From an uncultured PS1 clade bacterium (GTDB lineage: Bacteria > Pseudomonadota > Alphaproteobacteria > MED-G09), in contig CACBCD010000001.1 in assembly GCA_902537725.1 (NCBI GenBank), positions 5,482 through 69,481 on the forward strand: a DNA stretch of 64,000 bases. Reading direction: 5' to 3'. A model generated the notes under the pieces. It saw only the letters and a list, made by a program, of their open reading frames with translations, had not been told where the DNA came from and did no database searches. This document shows positions 1 to 10,831 of the stretch, piece after piece; the first letter of the stretch is position 1; each line of letters begins with the position of its first letter. Both the position numbers and the translations under genes were made by a program.

Positions 1-1
1 T

Positions 2-430
2 GATGATATGTTTGAGACAATGTACGCAGCTCCTGGTATTGGTTTGGCTGCCATACAGGTTGGGGTGCCAAAAAGAATTTTAGTTATTGATATTTCTAGA
101 GACGATGAAGCAAGGAATCCATTATTTTTTATTAATCCTGAAATAATTGATCCTACTGATACTTTAAACTCATATGAGGAAGGTTGTTTATCAGTACCGG
201 GTGTTTGGGAAGAAATAGAAAGACCTGATGAATGTACGGTTAATTATTTAGACAAAAATGGAGATGAGCAGAGTATTCGTTGCCAAGGTATGCTTGCTAC
301 TGTAATTCAACATGAAATGGATCACTTAAATGGTGTTGTGTTTGTTGACCATTTATCTAAATTAAAAAGAGATAGAGCAATTAAGAAATCTATTAAATCT
401 AGAGCTTCTGAGCCAGAAAATGATAAGTAA
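2..430 (+). CDS. def: Peptide deformylase (5'-truncated by window edge)
   Basis: Motifs GIGLAA, EGCLS and QHEMDHL; frame is open from position 2. Confidence 0.97.
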   Translation, partial: DDMFETMYAAPGIGLAAIQVGVPKRILVIDISRDDEARNPLFFINPEIIDPTDTLNSYEEGCLSVPGVWEEIERPDECTVNYLDKNGDEQSIRCQGMLATVIQHEMDHLNGVVFVDHLSKLKRDRAIKKSIKSRASEPENDK

Positions 431-1379
431 CTTTGCAAGTTCAGAAGCAAATTCATCACTAGATATCGTATTTATGGGGACCCCTGATTTTTCTATTAAG
501 CCGCTTGAGGCATTAGTAGATAGCGATCACAATATTGTTGCTATTTTTTCTCAACCTCCACGAAGGTCAGGAAGAGGAATGAAAAAAAATAAAACACCAG
601 TGCACAGCTTTGCTGATAAGAAACAAATTCCAGTCTATACACCCAAAAATTTTAAAAGTGTTGACGACATTAATTTTATTAAAAATCTTAACCCAGATAT
701 AATTATTGTTTCAGCTTATGGATTATTATTACCAAAAGAAGTTTTAAATATTCCTAAATTTGGCTGTCTTAATATTCATGCTTCAATACTTCCCCGTTGG
801 AGAGGTGCGGCACCAATTCAAAGATCTATTATGAGCGGTGATAAGGAAACTGGTATTACATTTATGTTAATGGATGAGGGTCTTGATACTGGCAAGATAA
901 TTAAAAAGTTTCCTATTAAAATTAATAAGGATAAAAATGCAAAATTTCTTCATGATGAATTATCTTTTCTGGCATCAAGTAATCTAATTGAGACCATTAA
1001 TGGTTATATTGCAGGTAAAATAAATCCTTTTAATCAAGAAGAGGAAGGCATTACCTATGCTGAGAAAATTCAAAAAGCTGATTGCAGGTTAGACTGGAAA
1101 AGCAATGCTGAGGAGGTTTTACTCTTAGTAAGAGCCTTAAGTCCATATCCCGGAGCTTGGTTTTTAACTAAAAAAAATAAGCGAGTAAAAGTTCTAGATG
1201 CCAAAATTTCAATGACCGATAATAATTTTAAACCTGGTGAAGTCACTGGTGGATTAATTGTAGGTTGTAAAGATAATGCTATAGAGATTTTATCAGTTCA
1301 ACCTGAGGGTAAAAAGATTATGGATATTGAAGATTACTTAAGGGGTAATCCAATATCGGTTGGAGAAATTTTAGAATAA
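420..1379 (+). CDS. fmt: Methionyl-tRNA formyltransferase
   Basis: FMGTPDF and NIHASILPRWRGAAPIQR motifs; follows def. Confidence 0.97.
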   Translation: MISNFASSEANSSLDIVFMGTPDFSIKPLEALVDSDHNIVAIFSQPPRRSGRGMKKNKTPVHSFADKKQIPVYTPKNFKSVDDINFIKNLNPDIIIVSAYGLLLPKEVLNIPKFGCLNIHASILPRWRGAAPIQRSIMSGDKETGITFMLMDEGLDTGKIIKKFPIKINKDKNAKFLHDELSFLASSNLIETINGYIAGKINPFNQEEEGITYAEKIQKADCRLDWKSNAEEVLLLVRALSPYPGAWFLTKKNKRVKVLDAKISMTDNNFKPGEVTGGLIVGCKDNAIEILSVQPEGKKIMDIEDYLRGNPISVGEILE

Positions 1380-2120
1380 ATGGCAAGATGGAAGCTTACA
1401 ATTGAGTATGATGGTAGACCTTTTAATGGTTGGCAGAGTCAAAAAGATAATAGTGGTGTCCAAGACTATTTACATAAGGCTATTATAGATTTTTCAAAGG
1501 AAGATGTGAAAATACATACTGCTGGTAGAACTGACTCTGGTGTTCATGCAAAAGGACAGGTATCACATTTTGATCTAATCAGGACCACAAACGCCAATGA
1601 ACTAAGAGAGGCCTTAAATAGTCATTTAAAACCAAACCCCATAGCTATTATTGATGTTTCAGAAGTTAATAATGACTTTCATGCAAGATTTTCTGCAATC
1701 AAAAGACATTATAGATATGGAATAATTAATAGAAGGGCACCATTAACTTTTGATAAAGGAAAATACTGGAGGGTAGGAAAAAAACTAAATTCTAAATCAA
1801 TGATTAAAGCTTCTAAATACTTAATAGGTTTTCACGATTTTACAACTTTTCGTTCATCCCACTGTCAGTCTAAATCACCCTCTAAGACTATTGATGAGAT
1901 TAAAATTGAACAATTTGATAATGAAATTATCATCTGCGTTTCAGCTAAATCATTTCTTCATAATCAGGTAAGATCTATCGTTGGGTCATTAAAATTGGTA
2001 GGAGAAGGTAAGTGGAGACCAAAAAAAATTAAAGAAATCTTAGATAAAAAAGATCGAACATTATGTGGTCCTGTTGCACCAGCCGAGGGTCTCTGTCTTG
2101 AGAAAGTCGATTATGATTAG
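1380..2120 (+). CDS. truA: tRNA pseudouridine(38-40) synthase
   Basis: AGRTDSGVHA and FLHNQVR motifs; def-fmt-truA order. Confidence 0.97.
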   Translation: MARWKLTIEYDGRPFNGWQSQKDNSGVQDYLHKAIIDFSKEDVKIHTAGRTDSGVHAKGQVSHFDLIRTTNANELREALNSHLKPNPIAIIDVSEVNNDFHARFSAIKRHYRYGIINRRAPLTFDKGKYWRVGKKLNSKSMIKASKYLIGFHDFTTFRSSHCQSKSPSKTIDEIKIEQFDNEIIICVSAKSFLHNQVRSIVGSLKLVGEGKWRPKKIKEILDKKDRTLCGPVAPAEGLCLEKVDYD

Positions 2121-3271
2121 AAATATTTCTTTAAAAGTTCGTAGTATATTTCGCTTAAATCATTAATATCCTTAACAGCAACTGATTCATCTATTTGATG
2201 CATTGTCTCGCTTATAAGACCAAATTCTACTACATTTCCATAGCTTTTAATAAACCTTGCATCAGATGTACCTCCTGAAGTTGATAGATCGGGATTAATT
2301 CCTGTTTTGTTTAAAATAATTTCTGATAAATCATTGACGAGTTTACCTGGCTTAGTAAGGAATGAGTCTCCAGAATGCTCTAATTTTAGAGAAAAGTTAT
2401 TTTTAAAATTCTCTAATCTTCTATTAATTTCATCCTCAATAGTTTCGTTATTAAAATTATCATTGTATCTAATGTTAAATCTTGCGGATGCAGATTGAGG
2501 GATAACATTTGTTGCTTTATTACCTACATCAACAGATGTTATCTCAAGATTTGAGGGTTGGAAATGTTCATTACCTTGATCTAATTGATCCGATGTCAAA
2601 TTATTAAGAATGTTTAATAGCATCGGTATTGGATTTTTTGCAAGATGGGGATATGCAACATGACCTTGTTGACCATCAACAGTCAAAACTCCATTAACAC
2701 TTCCTCGTCTACCTATTTTAATCATTTCACCCAATCTTTTAGGGTTGGTTGGCTCTCCTACAATACAATCGTCAAAAGAAATACTATTTTCTTGCATCCA
2801 ATTTAATAGTTTCTTTGTTCCATTTATTGCAATACCTTCTTCGTCTCCAGTAATGATAAAAGATATCGATCCTGCAAAGTTTTCTCTCTCATCTAAAAAT
2901 TTCTTTGTTGCTGATACAAATGAGGCAATAGCACCCTTCATATCTGTTGCACCGCGACCTATAATCTTTCCATCTATTTCATTGGCTGCAAATGGGTCAG
3001 TAGACCATCTAGTTTCATCTCCTTCTGGAACAACATCGGTATGACCTGCAAAACATAAAGCAGGACCTTCTTCGTTCCCAATTCTTGCCCAAAGATTAAG
3101 AACATCATCTGTTCCATCCTCTTTAAAATTCAGAATATCACACTTAAAACCCATTTCACTCAACCAATGTGAAAGTTGTTCAATGGCCCCATCATTATGC
3201 GGTGTTACAGAACGACAAGAAATTAGAGCTTTAGTAAGGATTATTGGATCGCCATTTTCAATATTAATCAT
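2117..3271 (-). CDS. dapE: Succinyl-diaminopimelate desuccinylase
   Basis: GHTDVVP, GRGATDMKG, GDEEG and GHVAYP motifs; next to dapD. Confidence 0.96.
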   Translation of the reverse strand: MINIENGDPIILTKALISCRSVTPHNDGAIEQLSHWLSEMGFKCDILNFKEDGTDDVLNLWARIGNEEGPALCFAGHTDVVPEGDETRWSTDPFAANEIDGKIIGRGATDMKGAIASFVSATKKFLDERENFAGSISFIITGDEEGIAINGTKKLLNWMQENSISFDDCIVGEPTNPKRLGEMIKIGRRGSVNGVLTVDGQQGHVAYPHLAKNPIPMLLNILNNLTSDQLDQGNEHFQPSNLEITSVDVGNKATNVIPQSASARFNIRYNDNFNNETIEDEINRRLENFKNNFSLKLEHSGDSFLTKPGKLVNDLSEIILNKTGINPDLSTSGGTSDARFIKSYGNVVEFGLISETMHQIDESVAVKDINDLSEIYYELLKKYF

Positions 3272-3275
3272 TTTA

Positions 3276-4106
3276 TTAATCTCTCAATAGCTCATTTATT
3301 GATGTCTTTGATCTAGTTTTTTCATCTACTATTTTTACAATTACTGCACAGTATAACGATGGCTTTGTATTATCATTATTTGGTGAAAATGTTCCTGGAA
3401 TTAAAACTGAATATGGCGGAACTTCCCCTTTAAAAATTTCTCCAGTTTCTCTATTAACAATAGGTGTTGATGATGAAAGGTATACCCCCATTGATAAAAC
3501 ACTTCCTTCACGAACAATTACCCCTTCAGCCACTTCTGATCTTGCTCCAATAAAACAATTATCCTCAATGATAACAGGGCCCGCCTGTAATGGCTCTAAT
3601 ACTCCACCGATTCCTGCTCCACCTGATATATGACAATCGGAACCTATTTGTGCACACGATCCAATTGTTGCCCATGTATCAACCATAGTTCCTGATCCAA
3701 TATAAGCTCCAATATTAATAAAGCTTGGCATCAATACACATCCATTATCAATAAATGATCCTTTTCGAACAATTGAGCCAGGAACAGCTCTAAATCCGGC
3801 TCTTTTAAATTCTTCATCGCTCATATCATTAAATTTAGAGTCTATTTTATCCCACCAATTAGTATTCCCCGGACTATTTGAGATTAATTTCATGTCATTG
3901 ATACGAAAATATAGGAGTATTGATTTTTTAACCCACTGATTAATTATCCATTTATCATCAACTTTTTCTGCAACCCTAATGTCCCCTTGGTCTAGGTTAT
4001 TTATAGTTTCATTTATTGCAGAAATAATATCATCATCAGAATTAGAGTTAATCGTCTCGATATTCTCAAATGAATTTTCAATTATATCAATTACTACTTT
4101 ATCCAT
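3276..4106 (-). CDS. dapD: 2,3,4,5-tetrahydropyridine-2,6-dicarboxylate N-succinyltransferase
   Basis: [24 protein letters not shown] and C-terminal [10 protein letters not shown]. Confidence 0.97.
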   Translation of the reverse strand: MDKVVIDIIENSFENIETINSNSDDDIISAINETINNLDQGDIRVAEKVDDKWIINQWVKKSILLYFRINDMKLISNSPGNTNWWDKIDSKFNDMSDEEFKRAGFRAVPGSIVRKGSFIDNGCVLMPSFINIGAYIGSGTMVDTWATIGSCAQIGSDCHISGGAGIGGVLEPLQAGPVIIEDNCFIGARSEVAEGVIVREGSVLSMGVYLSSSTPIVNRETGEIFKGEVPPYSVLIPGTFSPNNDNTKPSLYCAVIVKIVDEKTRSKTSINELLRD

Positions 4107-4124
4107 TGTTATCTCTTTAAAATA

Positions 4125-4817
4125 TTAATTATACTCGTTATTTAGGAACTTTACGATATCGTCAATAATATAATCTGCGTCATAAACATCATTCCATAAA
4201 TCTTTATATTTTTCTTTCTGTTCAGAATTATTTTTATTAGGTAATTTTCTCTCCAATAAAACTGTAGTCATACCTAATTCTTTAGCAGGAATTAAATTTC
4301 TTCCCATATCTTCGAACATTATAGATGTCTTTGGATCAATATTATTAATTTTTAAAAATAAATTATATGTTTCAATATTTGGCTTAGGTAAATAATTTGC
4401 TTCTTTAATTCCAAATATTGATTGAAAGATATTTTCTAGATTTAGCTTCTTTAAAACATTTTCAGCATGTTTCTTTGTACCATTTGTAAAAATATATTTT
4501 TTTCCAGGTAGCATTAAAAGAATTTTTCGAAGTTTATTATCTTCTTTTAATGAGTTTAAATTAATATCATGCACATATTCTAAAAATTTATCAGGATTTA
4601 TTTTACTGTTACCTGTATTCATAAATCCGGCTAATGTTGTTCCATGATCAATAAAATTTTGTTTTTGAATATTAAATGCCTCCTCATGGCTAATTTTTAA
4701 ATTTTCAGCAATAAATGTAGTCATTTTTTTATCAATCTGGCTAAAAATATTTTCTTCGGGAGGGTATAAAGTGTTATCAAGATCAAAGATCCATGTTTTA
4801 ATAAATTGAAGGCTCAT
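4125..4817 (-). CDS. HAD-family pyrimidine 5'-nucleotidase
   Basis: WIFDLDNTLYP, FTNG, PKP and FED motifs; usual position between argB and dapD. Confidence 0.9.
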   Translation of the reverse strand: MSLQFIKTWIFDLDNTLYPPEENIFSQIDKKMTTFIAENLKISHEEAFNIQKQNFIDHGTTLAGFMNTGNSKINPDKFLEYVHDINLNSLKEDNKLRKILLMLPGKKYIFTNGTKKHAENVLKKLNLENIFQSIFGIKEANYLPKPNIETYNLFLKINNIDPKTSIMFEDMGRNLIPAKELGMTTVLLERKLPNKNNSEQKEKYKDLWNDVYDADYIIDDIVKFLNNEYN

Positions 4818-4825
4818 AAAATATC

Positions 4826-5725
4826 TTACCTTATTAAGGTTCCGGCACCATGGTCAGTGAATAATTCTAATAAGACCGCGTGCTTAACTCTTCCGTCAAC
4901 AATAGCAGCACCACCAACACCTTCTTTGACACTCTTAAGGCAGGTATTGATTTTAGGTATCATGCCGCCTGAAATTTCACCAGATTCAATCATTTTCTCT
5001 ATTTTTTCTTCATTAACTTCTTCAATAAGATTTTGATTAGAATCGAGTACTCCTTTTACATCTGTCAAAATAAGTAAACGTTTTGATTTTAAGGACGATG
5101 CAATCGCACCAGCTGCTGTATCAGCATTAATATTATATGTCTTACCATCATCACTAATTCCTAATGGTGCAATGATTGGAATAAAATCATTAGAAATAAG
5201 TGTTTCAATTATTTCATTATTAATTTTTTTTGGAATACCTACAAAACCTAAATCAATAATTTTTTCTATATTTGACTCATTTAAACTTTTTTGTTTTGTA
5301 AGTTTTTCAGCAATAAGCATTGATCCGTCCTTACCTGATACGCCTACAGCTTTTCCTCCAGCAGAATTTATTTTTGATGCAATATCTTTATTTATTTTAC
5401 CAGCTAGAACCATCTCAACCACTTCTAGGGTACTTTCATCAGTTATTCTCATTCCGGATTCAAATTTTGTTTTAATTCCTAACCTTTCAAGCATTGATCC
5501 AATTTGTGGTCCACCTCCATGAACAATTACTGGTTTTAAGCCGCTCTGTTTTAGAAAAACAATATCATTACAAAATGACTCAATGAGATCATTATCTGCC
5601 ATGGCATTACCACCATATTTAATAACAATAATTGAACCATTATATTTTTGCATATAAGGTAGAGCTGCTGTCAGCATATCAGCATTGCTCAACCAGTCCT
5701 TAACAGCTCCTTCTTTTTTACTCAT
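4826..5725 (-). CDS. argB: Acetylglutamate kinase (start probably ATG 5725)
   Basis: VIKYGGNAM, VHGGGPQI, NINADTAA and GGMIPK motifs. Confidence 0.96.
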   Translation of the reverse strand: MSKKEGAVKDWLSNADMLTAALPYMQKYNGSIIVIKYGGNAMADNDLIESFCNDIVFLKQSGLKPVIVHGGGPQIGSMLERLGIKTKFESGMRITDESTLEVVEMVLAGKINKDIASKINSAGGKAVGVSGKDGSMLIAEKLTKQKSLNESNIEKIIDLGFVGIPKKINNEIIETLISNDFIPIIAPLGISDDGKTYNINADTAAGAIASSLKSKRLLILTDVKGVLDSNQNLIEEVNEEKIEKMIESGEISGGMIPKINTCLKSVKEGVGGAAIVDGRVKHAVLLELFTDHGAGTLIR

Positions 5726-5787
5726 AATCAATCCCAATCAATCCCTTTTTTCTTATAATACATTAAATATTATTTAATACATTAATA

Positions 5788-6402
5788 CTATTCCACTATG
5801 GAAGATATTGTATTCCTTAGATCCTCTATCCCTTTCCCTTTATGTGAAGATGTTGAATGTATTTCAGGGTGGACAGCAATGAATTTTTGAATTGAATTCT
5901 TTGCTTTTAGCAATACATCCTCCTCATTTATGATTTTATCAATTTTAGTTAAAACTATCTGATAGGAAACGGCACATTCATCCAACATACTCATAATCTC
6001 TTTATCAGAGTCTTTTATATTTTGTCTTGAATCAATTAATAGAAAAACTCTTCTCAGGTTTGATCTATTTTGTAAATAGAATTTTGATAGATTTGACCAT
6101 TCTCTTATTTTTTTTTTAGAAGCTCTAGCAAATCCATAACCCGGCATATCAACTATGTTCATAACAGGTTTTTCAATGGCTATAGAAAAAAAATTTAACT
6201 CTTGGGTTCTTCCAGGTGTTTTGGATGTGTGTGCCAATTTCGATCTTTTTGTTACAGCATTTAATAGTGAAGATTTTCCAACATTTGACCTTCCCAAAAA
6301 GGCTACTTCTGGAAGGTTGCTTATCTCTAAGCCCTCAATATTCGCTACACCTTTCACAAAAGTACAGTTTTTAAAAAAATTATTTTTTTTATATGCTGCC
6401 AT
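5788..6402 (-). CDS. engB: Ribosome biogenesis GTPase YihA/EngB (start probably ATG 6402)
   Basis: G-motifs GRSNVGKSS, TPGRT, DMPGYG and TKID. Confidence 0.95.
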   Translation of the reverse strand: MAAYKKNNFFKNCTFVKGVANIEGLEISNLPEVAFLGRSNVGKSSLLNAVTKRSKLAHTSKTPGRTQELNFFSIAIEKPVMNIVDMPGYGFARASKKKIREWSNLSKFYLQNRSNLRRVFLLIDSRQNIKDSDKEIMSMLDECAVSYQIVLTKIDKIINEEDVLLKAKNSIQKFIAVHPEIHSTSSHKGKGIEDLRNTISSIVE

Positions 6403-6406
6403 TAAA

Positions 6407-8113
6407 TTATTCGCTTGAATTTTTTTTACCAAAATTTGCAAATAATGCTATTTCCATCCCCTGTTTTTTCATAATATATGCTTGCTGTAAGATTGATAAT
6501 AAACCATTCCATGCCCAGTAAATAACTAGCCCTATTGGGAAATTAGCAGCAATAAAGATCATAAAAATTGGCATCCAAGTGAAAAGTGTTTTTTGAATTT
6601 GATCAGTAGGAGCTGGATTTAGTTTTGTTTGCAGTAAAAAGGTAAGTCCAAATAATAAGTGAAATATTCCAATCATTAAAATTTGAGGTGGTGTCCAATC
6701 AATTATTCCAAATAAATTAAATACCGATAATGGGTCAGGAGCAGATAAATCTCTAATCCATCCAAAGAAGGGTGCATGTCTCATTTCAATTGTTACAAGT
6801 AAAACATTATATAGCGCAAAGAATACTGGTATTTGAATGAATACAGGCAAACAACCTGACAGAGGTTTTAATTCTTCTTTTTTATAAAGGGTTTGCATTT
6901 CTTGAGCCATTTTTTGGCGATCATCACCATAAAGTTCCTTCATTTTTTGTATTTCTGGTTGAACTTTCCTCATTTTAGCCATTTGGACATAAGATCTATT
7001 GACGACAGGGAAGAAAACAAGCTTTATGAGAACGGTTAAAAGGAGAATAGCTACTCCAAAATTTCCTGTATATATGTATAAGAAATCTAGAATATAAAAT
7101 AAGGGTTTGGAGATAAAATAAAACCATCCCCAGTCAATAATTAAATCAAATTTTGGGAGACCTTTTTTATCTGAATAATCCTGAATTATATCAACTTCTT
7201 TAGCTCCAATGAATATTAAGCCATCGGATGACAAAGTTGAACCTGGAGAAGCGCTTGTAGCCTCACCAGTGTAGCCAATTCTGTAAATATCGCCTTGATT
7301 TTGTTTAGATACTTTAAAGTGAGCTTTTTTTTCACCTTCATCAAGTGAACTTATTGCTGTTGCCCAATATTTATCTCTAATTCCTATCCAGCCATTTTTA
7401 AATTCTTTTCGAAAATCTTGCTCATAAATATCATCATAATCTTGCTCATCTAGTTTTTCGTCAAACCACCCAGTAGGGCCTTCATGAAGAAGACCAAGTG
7501 TTTGGCTACTTGGCAAATCTTTCCTAGATAATTTATTAAAGGGGAAAAGTGTTATAAGTCCAAGAGTATTATTTTCAACTTCTTGGGTAAAAGTAAAAAG
7601 ATAATTTTCATCTATAGAAAATCTTTGAATAAATTTTAATCCATTACCATTTTCCCATGAAATAACCACGGGTGTATTTGGTGAAAGTGTACTATTTTGT
7701 GATTCTAGTTTCCAAAGAGTATTTTCATCGGGTAATAAAAAATTTGCTCCTCTTGGTGCCAACCAACCTGATTCAACCCAATATGAATCCTTCTTAAATA
7801 ATTGAACATAATCGCTATCAATGCTTGCAGTAGTATTAAATTTTTTTAAGTAAATTTCATTAATTTGAGCTCCACAAAGATCAATTGATCCTTCTAGTCT
7901 ATCGTTATCGATAATTATCTTTTCAGACTCACAACTAACTACTTTAACAGGAATTATATTACTAACCTCTGGTATAGATGGATCATCTAATAATGTTTCC
8001 TGACTATTTTCTTGTTGATAGTTTGGTTGTTCGACAGGAAATAAAATTTGCCAGGTAAAGAGAATAATCATGGCTATAACAATTGCCATTATATACCTCG
8101 ATGTATCATTCAT
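6407..8113 (-). CDS. yidC: Membrane protein insertase YidC
   Basis: IDWGWF, GCLP..IQIPVFFALY and WIRDLSAPDP motifs. Confidence 0.97.
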   Translation of the reverse strand: MNDTSRYIMAIVIAMIILFTWQILFPVEQPNYQQENSQETLLDDPSIPEVSNIIPVKVVSCESEKIIIDNDRLEGSIDLCGAQINEIYLKKFNTTASIDSDYVQLFKKDSYWVESGWLAPRGANFLLPDENTLWKLESQNSTLSPNTPVVISWENGNGLKFIQRFSIDENYLFTFTQEVENNTLGLITLFPFNKLSRKDLPSSQTLGLLHEGPTGWFDEKLDEQDYDDIYEQDFRKEFKNGWIGIRDKYWATAISSLDEGEKKAHFKVSKQNQGDIYRIGYTGEATSASPGSTLSSDGLIFIGAKEVDIIQDYSDKKGLPKFDLIIDWGWFYFISKPLFYILDFLYIYTGNFGVAILLLTVLIKLVFFPVVNRSYVQMAKMRKVQPEIQKMKELYGDDRQKMAQEMQTLYKKEELKPLSGCLPVFIQIPVFFALYNVLLVTIEMRHAPFFGWIRDLSAPDPLSVFNLFGIIDWTPPQILMIGIFHLLFGLTFLLQTKLNPAPTDQIQKTLFTWMPIFMIFIAANFPIGLVIYWAWNGLLSILQQAYIMKKQGMEIALFANFGKKNSSE

Positions 8114-8481
8114 TACTTAATCTCCCTAAAAGCTCTCTCTAAATCATTTAGAACAGTATTCCAAGAAACTTTATTTGTTTTAATTGTAGCTATTACTACA
8201 TAGTCGTAACCACTTTTTCCATACTTTGGAAGAACTTCTTTAATCGCATGTCTTATTCTTCTCTTAGCTTTATTCCTCTCGACAGCATTACCAATTTTTT
8301 TTGAAGCTGTAACACCATATCTTGGATTTTTTTTATCATCTCTTTTGACTTTTTGAAGAAACAGAGCACAGGTTTTTATGTATTGTCCTTTTGAGGCCTT
8401 TACATAATCTGAACGTTTAGTAATTTTACCTAAAAAAAACCCTAGTTCTTTAGAGCCACTTTCATCTTGTTCAGATTTCAT
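8113..8481 (-). CDS. rnpA: Ribonuclease P protein component (start ATG 8481; the ORF-track start overlaps rpmH)
   Basis: RYGVTASKKIGNAVERNKAKRR motif; between rpmH and yidC. Confidence 0.93.
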   Translation of the reverse strand: MKSEQDESGSKELGFFLGKITKRSDYVKASKGQYIKTCALFLQKVKRDDKKNPRYGVTASKKIGNAVERNKAKRRIRHAIKEVLPKYGKSGYDYVVIATIKTNKVSWNTVLNDLERAFREIK

Positions 8482-8488
8482 AAAATAA

Positions 8489-8623
8489 TTAAGCAGATAG
8501 AGACTTTCTACCTTTAGCTCTTCTGTTAGATAAGATATTTCTGCCACCTACAGTTTGTAATCTTGAACGAAAACCATGACGTCTTTTTCTAACTAAGTTA
8601 CTAGGCTGGAATGTTCTTTTCAT
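8489..8623 (-). CDS. rpmH: 50S ribosomal protein L34 (absent from ORF track)
   Basis: Manual translation [44 protein letters not shown]. Confidence 0.98.
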   Translation of the reverse strand: MKRTFQPSNLVRKRRHGFRSRLQTVGGRNILSNRRAKGRKSLSA

Positions 8624-8654
8624 AATTAAACCTTTATAATTTAAACTTACTGGG

Positions 8655-8683
8655 TTTATAAAACCAACATATTGTTAAGTCAA
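8655..8683 (-). promoter_or_regulatory. Sigma70-like promoter of the rpmH operon
   Basis: TTGACT-N17-TATAAA on the minus strand, about 30 nt upstream of rpmH. Confidence 0.65.
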
Positions 8684-8701
8684 ATTAAGTGATCAAATAT
8701 A

Positions 8702-9622
8702 TCATCTTTTTTCCTTATTGATATTTTCCATATTATCAATAGCTTTTGACATTTGTCTCTCTCTAGTTCCATATTCATCAATCTTATTTAGAATTTCCTC
8801 TGCTTTTTTTCTTAATTCATTTGTTGAATTGCTAAATTTTTCAAACTCTTTTTTAAGCTTTCCAAATTCATTCATAATTTCAGAGGCTCTTTCATTAAAT
8901 GACTCAACTCTAAAATTCATAGAAATACTCAGAAGGTAAGCTGCAAGTGAATTTGGACCTAGAATTAATACTCTGTAATCTCTGAATAATTCTTCTCTTA
9001 TATCTAATGTATCAATCAATTGAATAAGAGCCTCACTAGGGATATACATAATTCCAAGATCTGAAGTTTTACCAGTTAGTAAGTACTTTGTTTTTATATC
9101 TTCCGCATCGCTCTTAACGTGCCTCTCAATATCTTTTTTTGATGATTTTACTTTTTCTTTATCACCTTTTGATGAGGCTTCTATATAATTGTCATATAGA
9201 CCAGATGGAAATTTAGCATCAATTGGCTGTAGTAATCCCCCTGGAAGAATAATTACAAATTCAACTCTTTTGCCGCTGCCCTCAATTATCTCTTCATTTT
9301 CTCTATATCTGTTTTCAGGGAAAATATCTTGTATGATAGCCTTTAATGACCATTCACCAAACTGTCCTGCTTTAGTTCCACCAGACAAGTAGTTACGTAA
9401 TTTCTGAATTGGTTCTTGAAAGTTTTCAATAGAAATTCTTAAATCTGATAATGCTTTTTCTTGTCTATTAAGCGTTTCACTTTGAGTTTCTTGATTTTTT
9501 TCAAAGTCTGTAAAAATATTTTTATTATCATTTGTTCGTTTATTTTGTTTATTAATATTAAAAAATATTAAAGCCATCACAACTAGCAAAGTAATTAATA
9601 GTATTAAAATTAAATAATCCAT
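8702..9622 (-). CDS. rmuC: DNA recombination protein RmuC family
   Basis: N-terminal TM segment and coiled coil; GQFGE, PIDAKFP and IMYIPSEA motifs. Confidence 0.9.
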   Translation of the reverse strand: MDYLILILLITLLVVMALIFFNINKQNKRTNDNKNIFTDFEKNQETQSETLNRQEKALSDLRISIENFQEPIQKLRNYLSGGTKAGQFGEWSLKAIIQDIFPENRYRENEEIIEGSGKRVEFVIILPGGLLQPIDAKFPSGLYDNYIEASSKGDKEKVKSSKKDIERHVKSDAEDIKTKYLLTGKTSDLGIMYIPSEALIQLIDTLDIREELFRDYRVLILGPNSLAAYLLSISMNFRVESFNERASEIMNEFGKLKKEFEKFSNSTNELRKKAEEILNKIDEYGTRERQMSKAIDNMENINKEKR

Positions 9623-9645
9623 ATTTACCTTTATAATATTTTAAA

Positions 9646-9722
9646 TGGCGCGCCGGGGAAGATTCGAACTCCCGACCCCTTGATTCGTAGTCAAGTACTC
9701 TATCCAGCTGAGCTACCGGCGC
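9646..9722 (-). tRNA. tRNA-Arg(ACG)
   Basis: GCGCCGGTAGCTCAGCTGGATAGAGTACTTGACTACGAATCAAG...GTTCGAATC...GCCA cloverleaf, anticodon ACG. Confidence 0.97.
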
Positions 9723-9760
9723 AATACAAATATTATAAACTAAAAATTGGAAAGAAAGAA

Positions 9761-10765
9761 TTAATCATATTTTTCTTTCCAAGAGGTCATATCCCCTAAG
9801 CTTTTTGCTTCGTAAACTCCTCTTGCTATAGACCTTGAGCATACTCTAGCTCCTAACTCTCCAATTATATTTATATCATTCAGGGTTAATTCTTTTGTCA
9901 ATGTACCAGTGCTTAATACAAATATTACATCACCGTCAACAGGTGAATGAATTGGTCTGATTGCACGTGACATTCCTGAATGAGACATAATAGCAATTCT
10001 TTTTGCACCTTTTGAATCCAGTTTTGCATTGGTTGCAATAATGCCTATTGTTGTATTCTGCTTAGGCATAGATCTAGATGCTGAAGTTCCACGAAGGATT
10101 TTTAATGAGGCTTTATTAGGAGGACCTTTTGATCCAAACTCTTGATTACACTCATCAGTTGCAGCCCAAAATTGACCAGTTTTATCATCAACAACTGAAC
10201 CATAACTATTTACAGCAAACAAGCCTCCAACTTGTAATCCTTCCTCTGTAATATATGATGCGCTTCCAAGCCCTCCCTTCAATGAGCCAGCCATTGCACC
10301 ATAACCAGCGCCGCTATTACCAAGAATAATATCTTCAGATAAGTTTTTTATAGCTTCTTGTCCGAGGTCATAATAAGGAGGATTATCTTTCCATTCTTTA
10401 TCACCGCCATTTGCAAGGTCATAAAGAATTGCACCTGGTATCATGGGAACATGTTTTGATTTTTCTGATGGTTTATATCCTCTTCCTTGTGAACCAATAT
10501 AATTTCCTACGCTGCTTGCAGCCTCTAAGCCCCATGTTGATCCACCTGAAAGTACTATTGAGTCAACAGTATCAACTAAATTGTAGGGGTTTAATGCCCC
10601 AACTTCTCTTGTACCAGGAGCACCTCCTCTAACATCTGCTGATGCAATACTACCTTCAATAGGAGTAATAACTGTGCATCCAGTAAAAACTCTCTCATCA
10701 TGAGAGTTTCCAACTAGAACACCATCAACATCTGTAATTAGATTTTTTTTTCCTGTACTAATCAT
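9761..10765 (-). CDS. P1/S58 (DmpA/OAT-like) peptidase family protein
   Basis: ITDVDGVLVG, DVRGGAPGTRE, NTTIG autoprocessing motif and RPIHSPVDGD. Confidence 0.9.
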   Translation of the reverse strand: MISTGKKNLITDVDGVLVGNSHDERVFTGCTVITPIEGSIASADVRGGAPGTREVGALNPYNLVDTVDSIVLSGGSTWGLEAASSVGNYIGSQGRGYKPSEKSKHVPMIPGAILYDLANGGDKEWKDNPPYYDLGQEAIKNLSEDIILGNSGAGYGAMAGSLKGGLGSASYITEEGLQVGGLFAVNSYGSVVDDKTGQFWAATDECNQEFGSKGPPNKASLKILRGTSASRSMPKQNTTIGIIATNAKLDSKGAKRIAIMSHSGMSRAIRPIHSPVDGDVIFVLSTGTLTKELTLNDINIIGELGARVCSRSIARGVYEAKSLGDMTSWKEKYD

Positions 10766-10831
10766 TATAAGGAAACTAAACAAAGGTTATAAAATTGTAT
10801 AGTATGAAAAATTAATTGCTTTGGAGATTTT

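Noticed and set aside
8489-8700. oriC/dnaA expected next to rpmH
   Set aside because: No dnaA gene or DnaA boxes here; this linkage is normally broken in alphaproteobacteria
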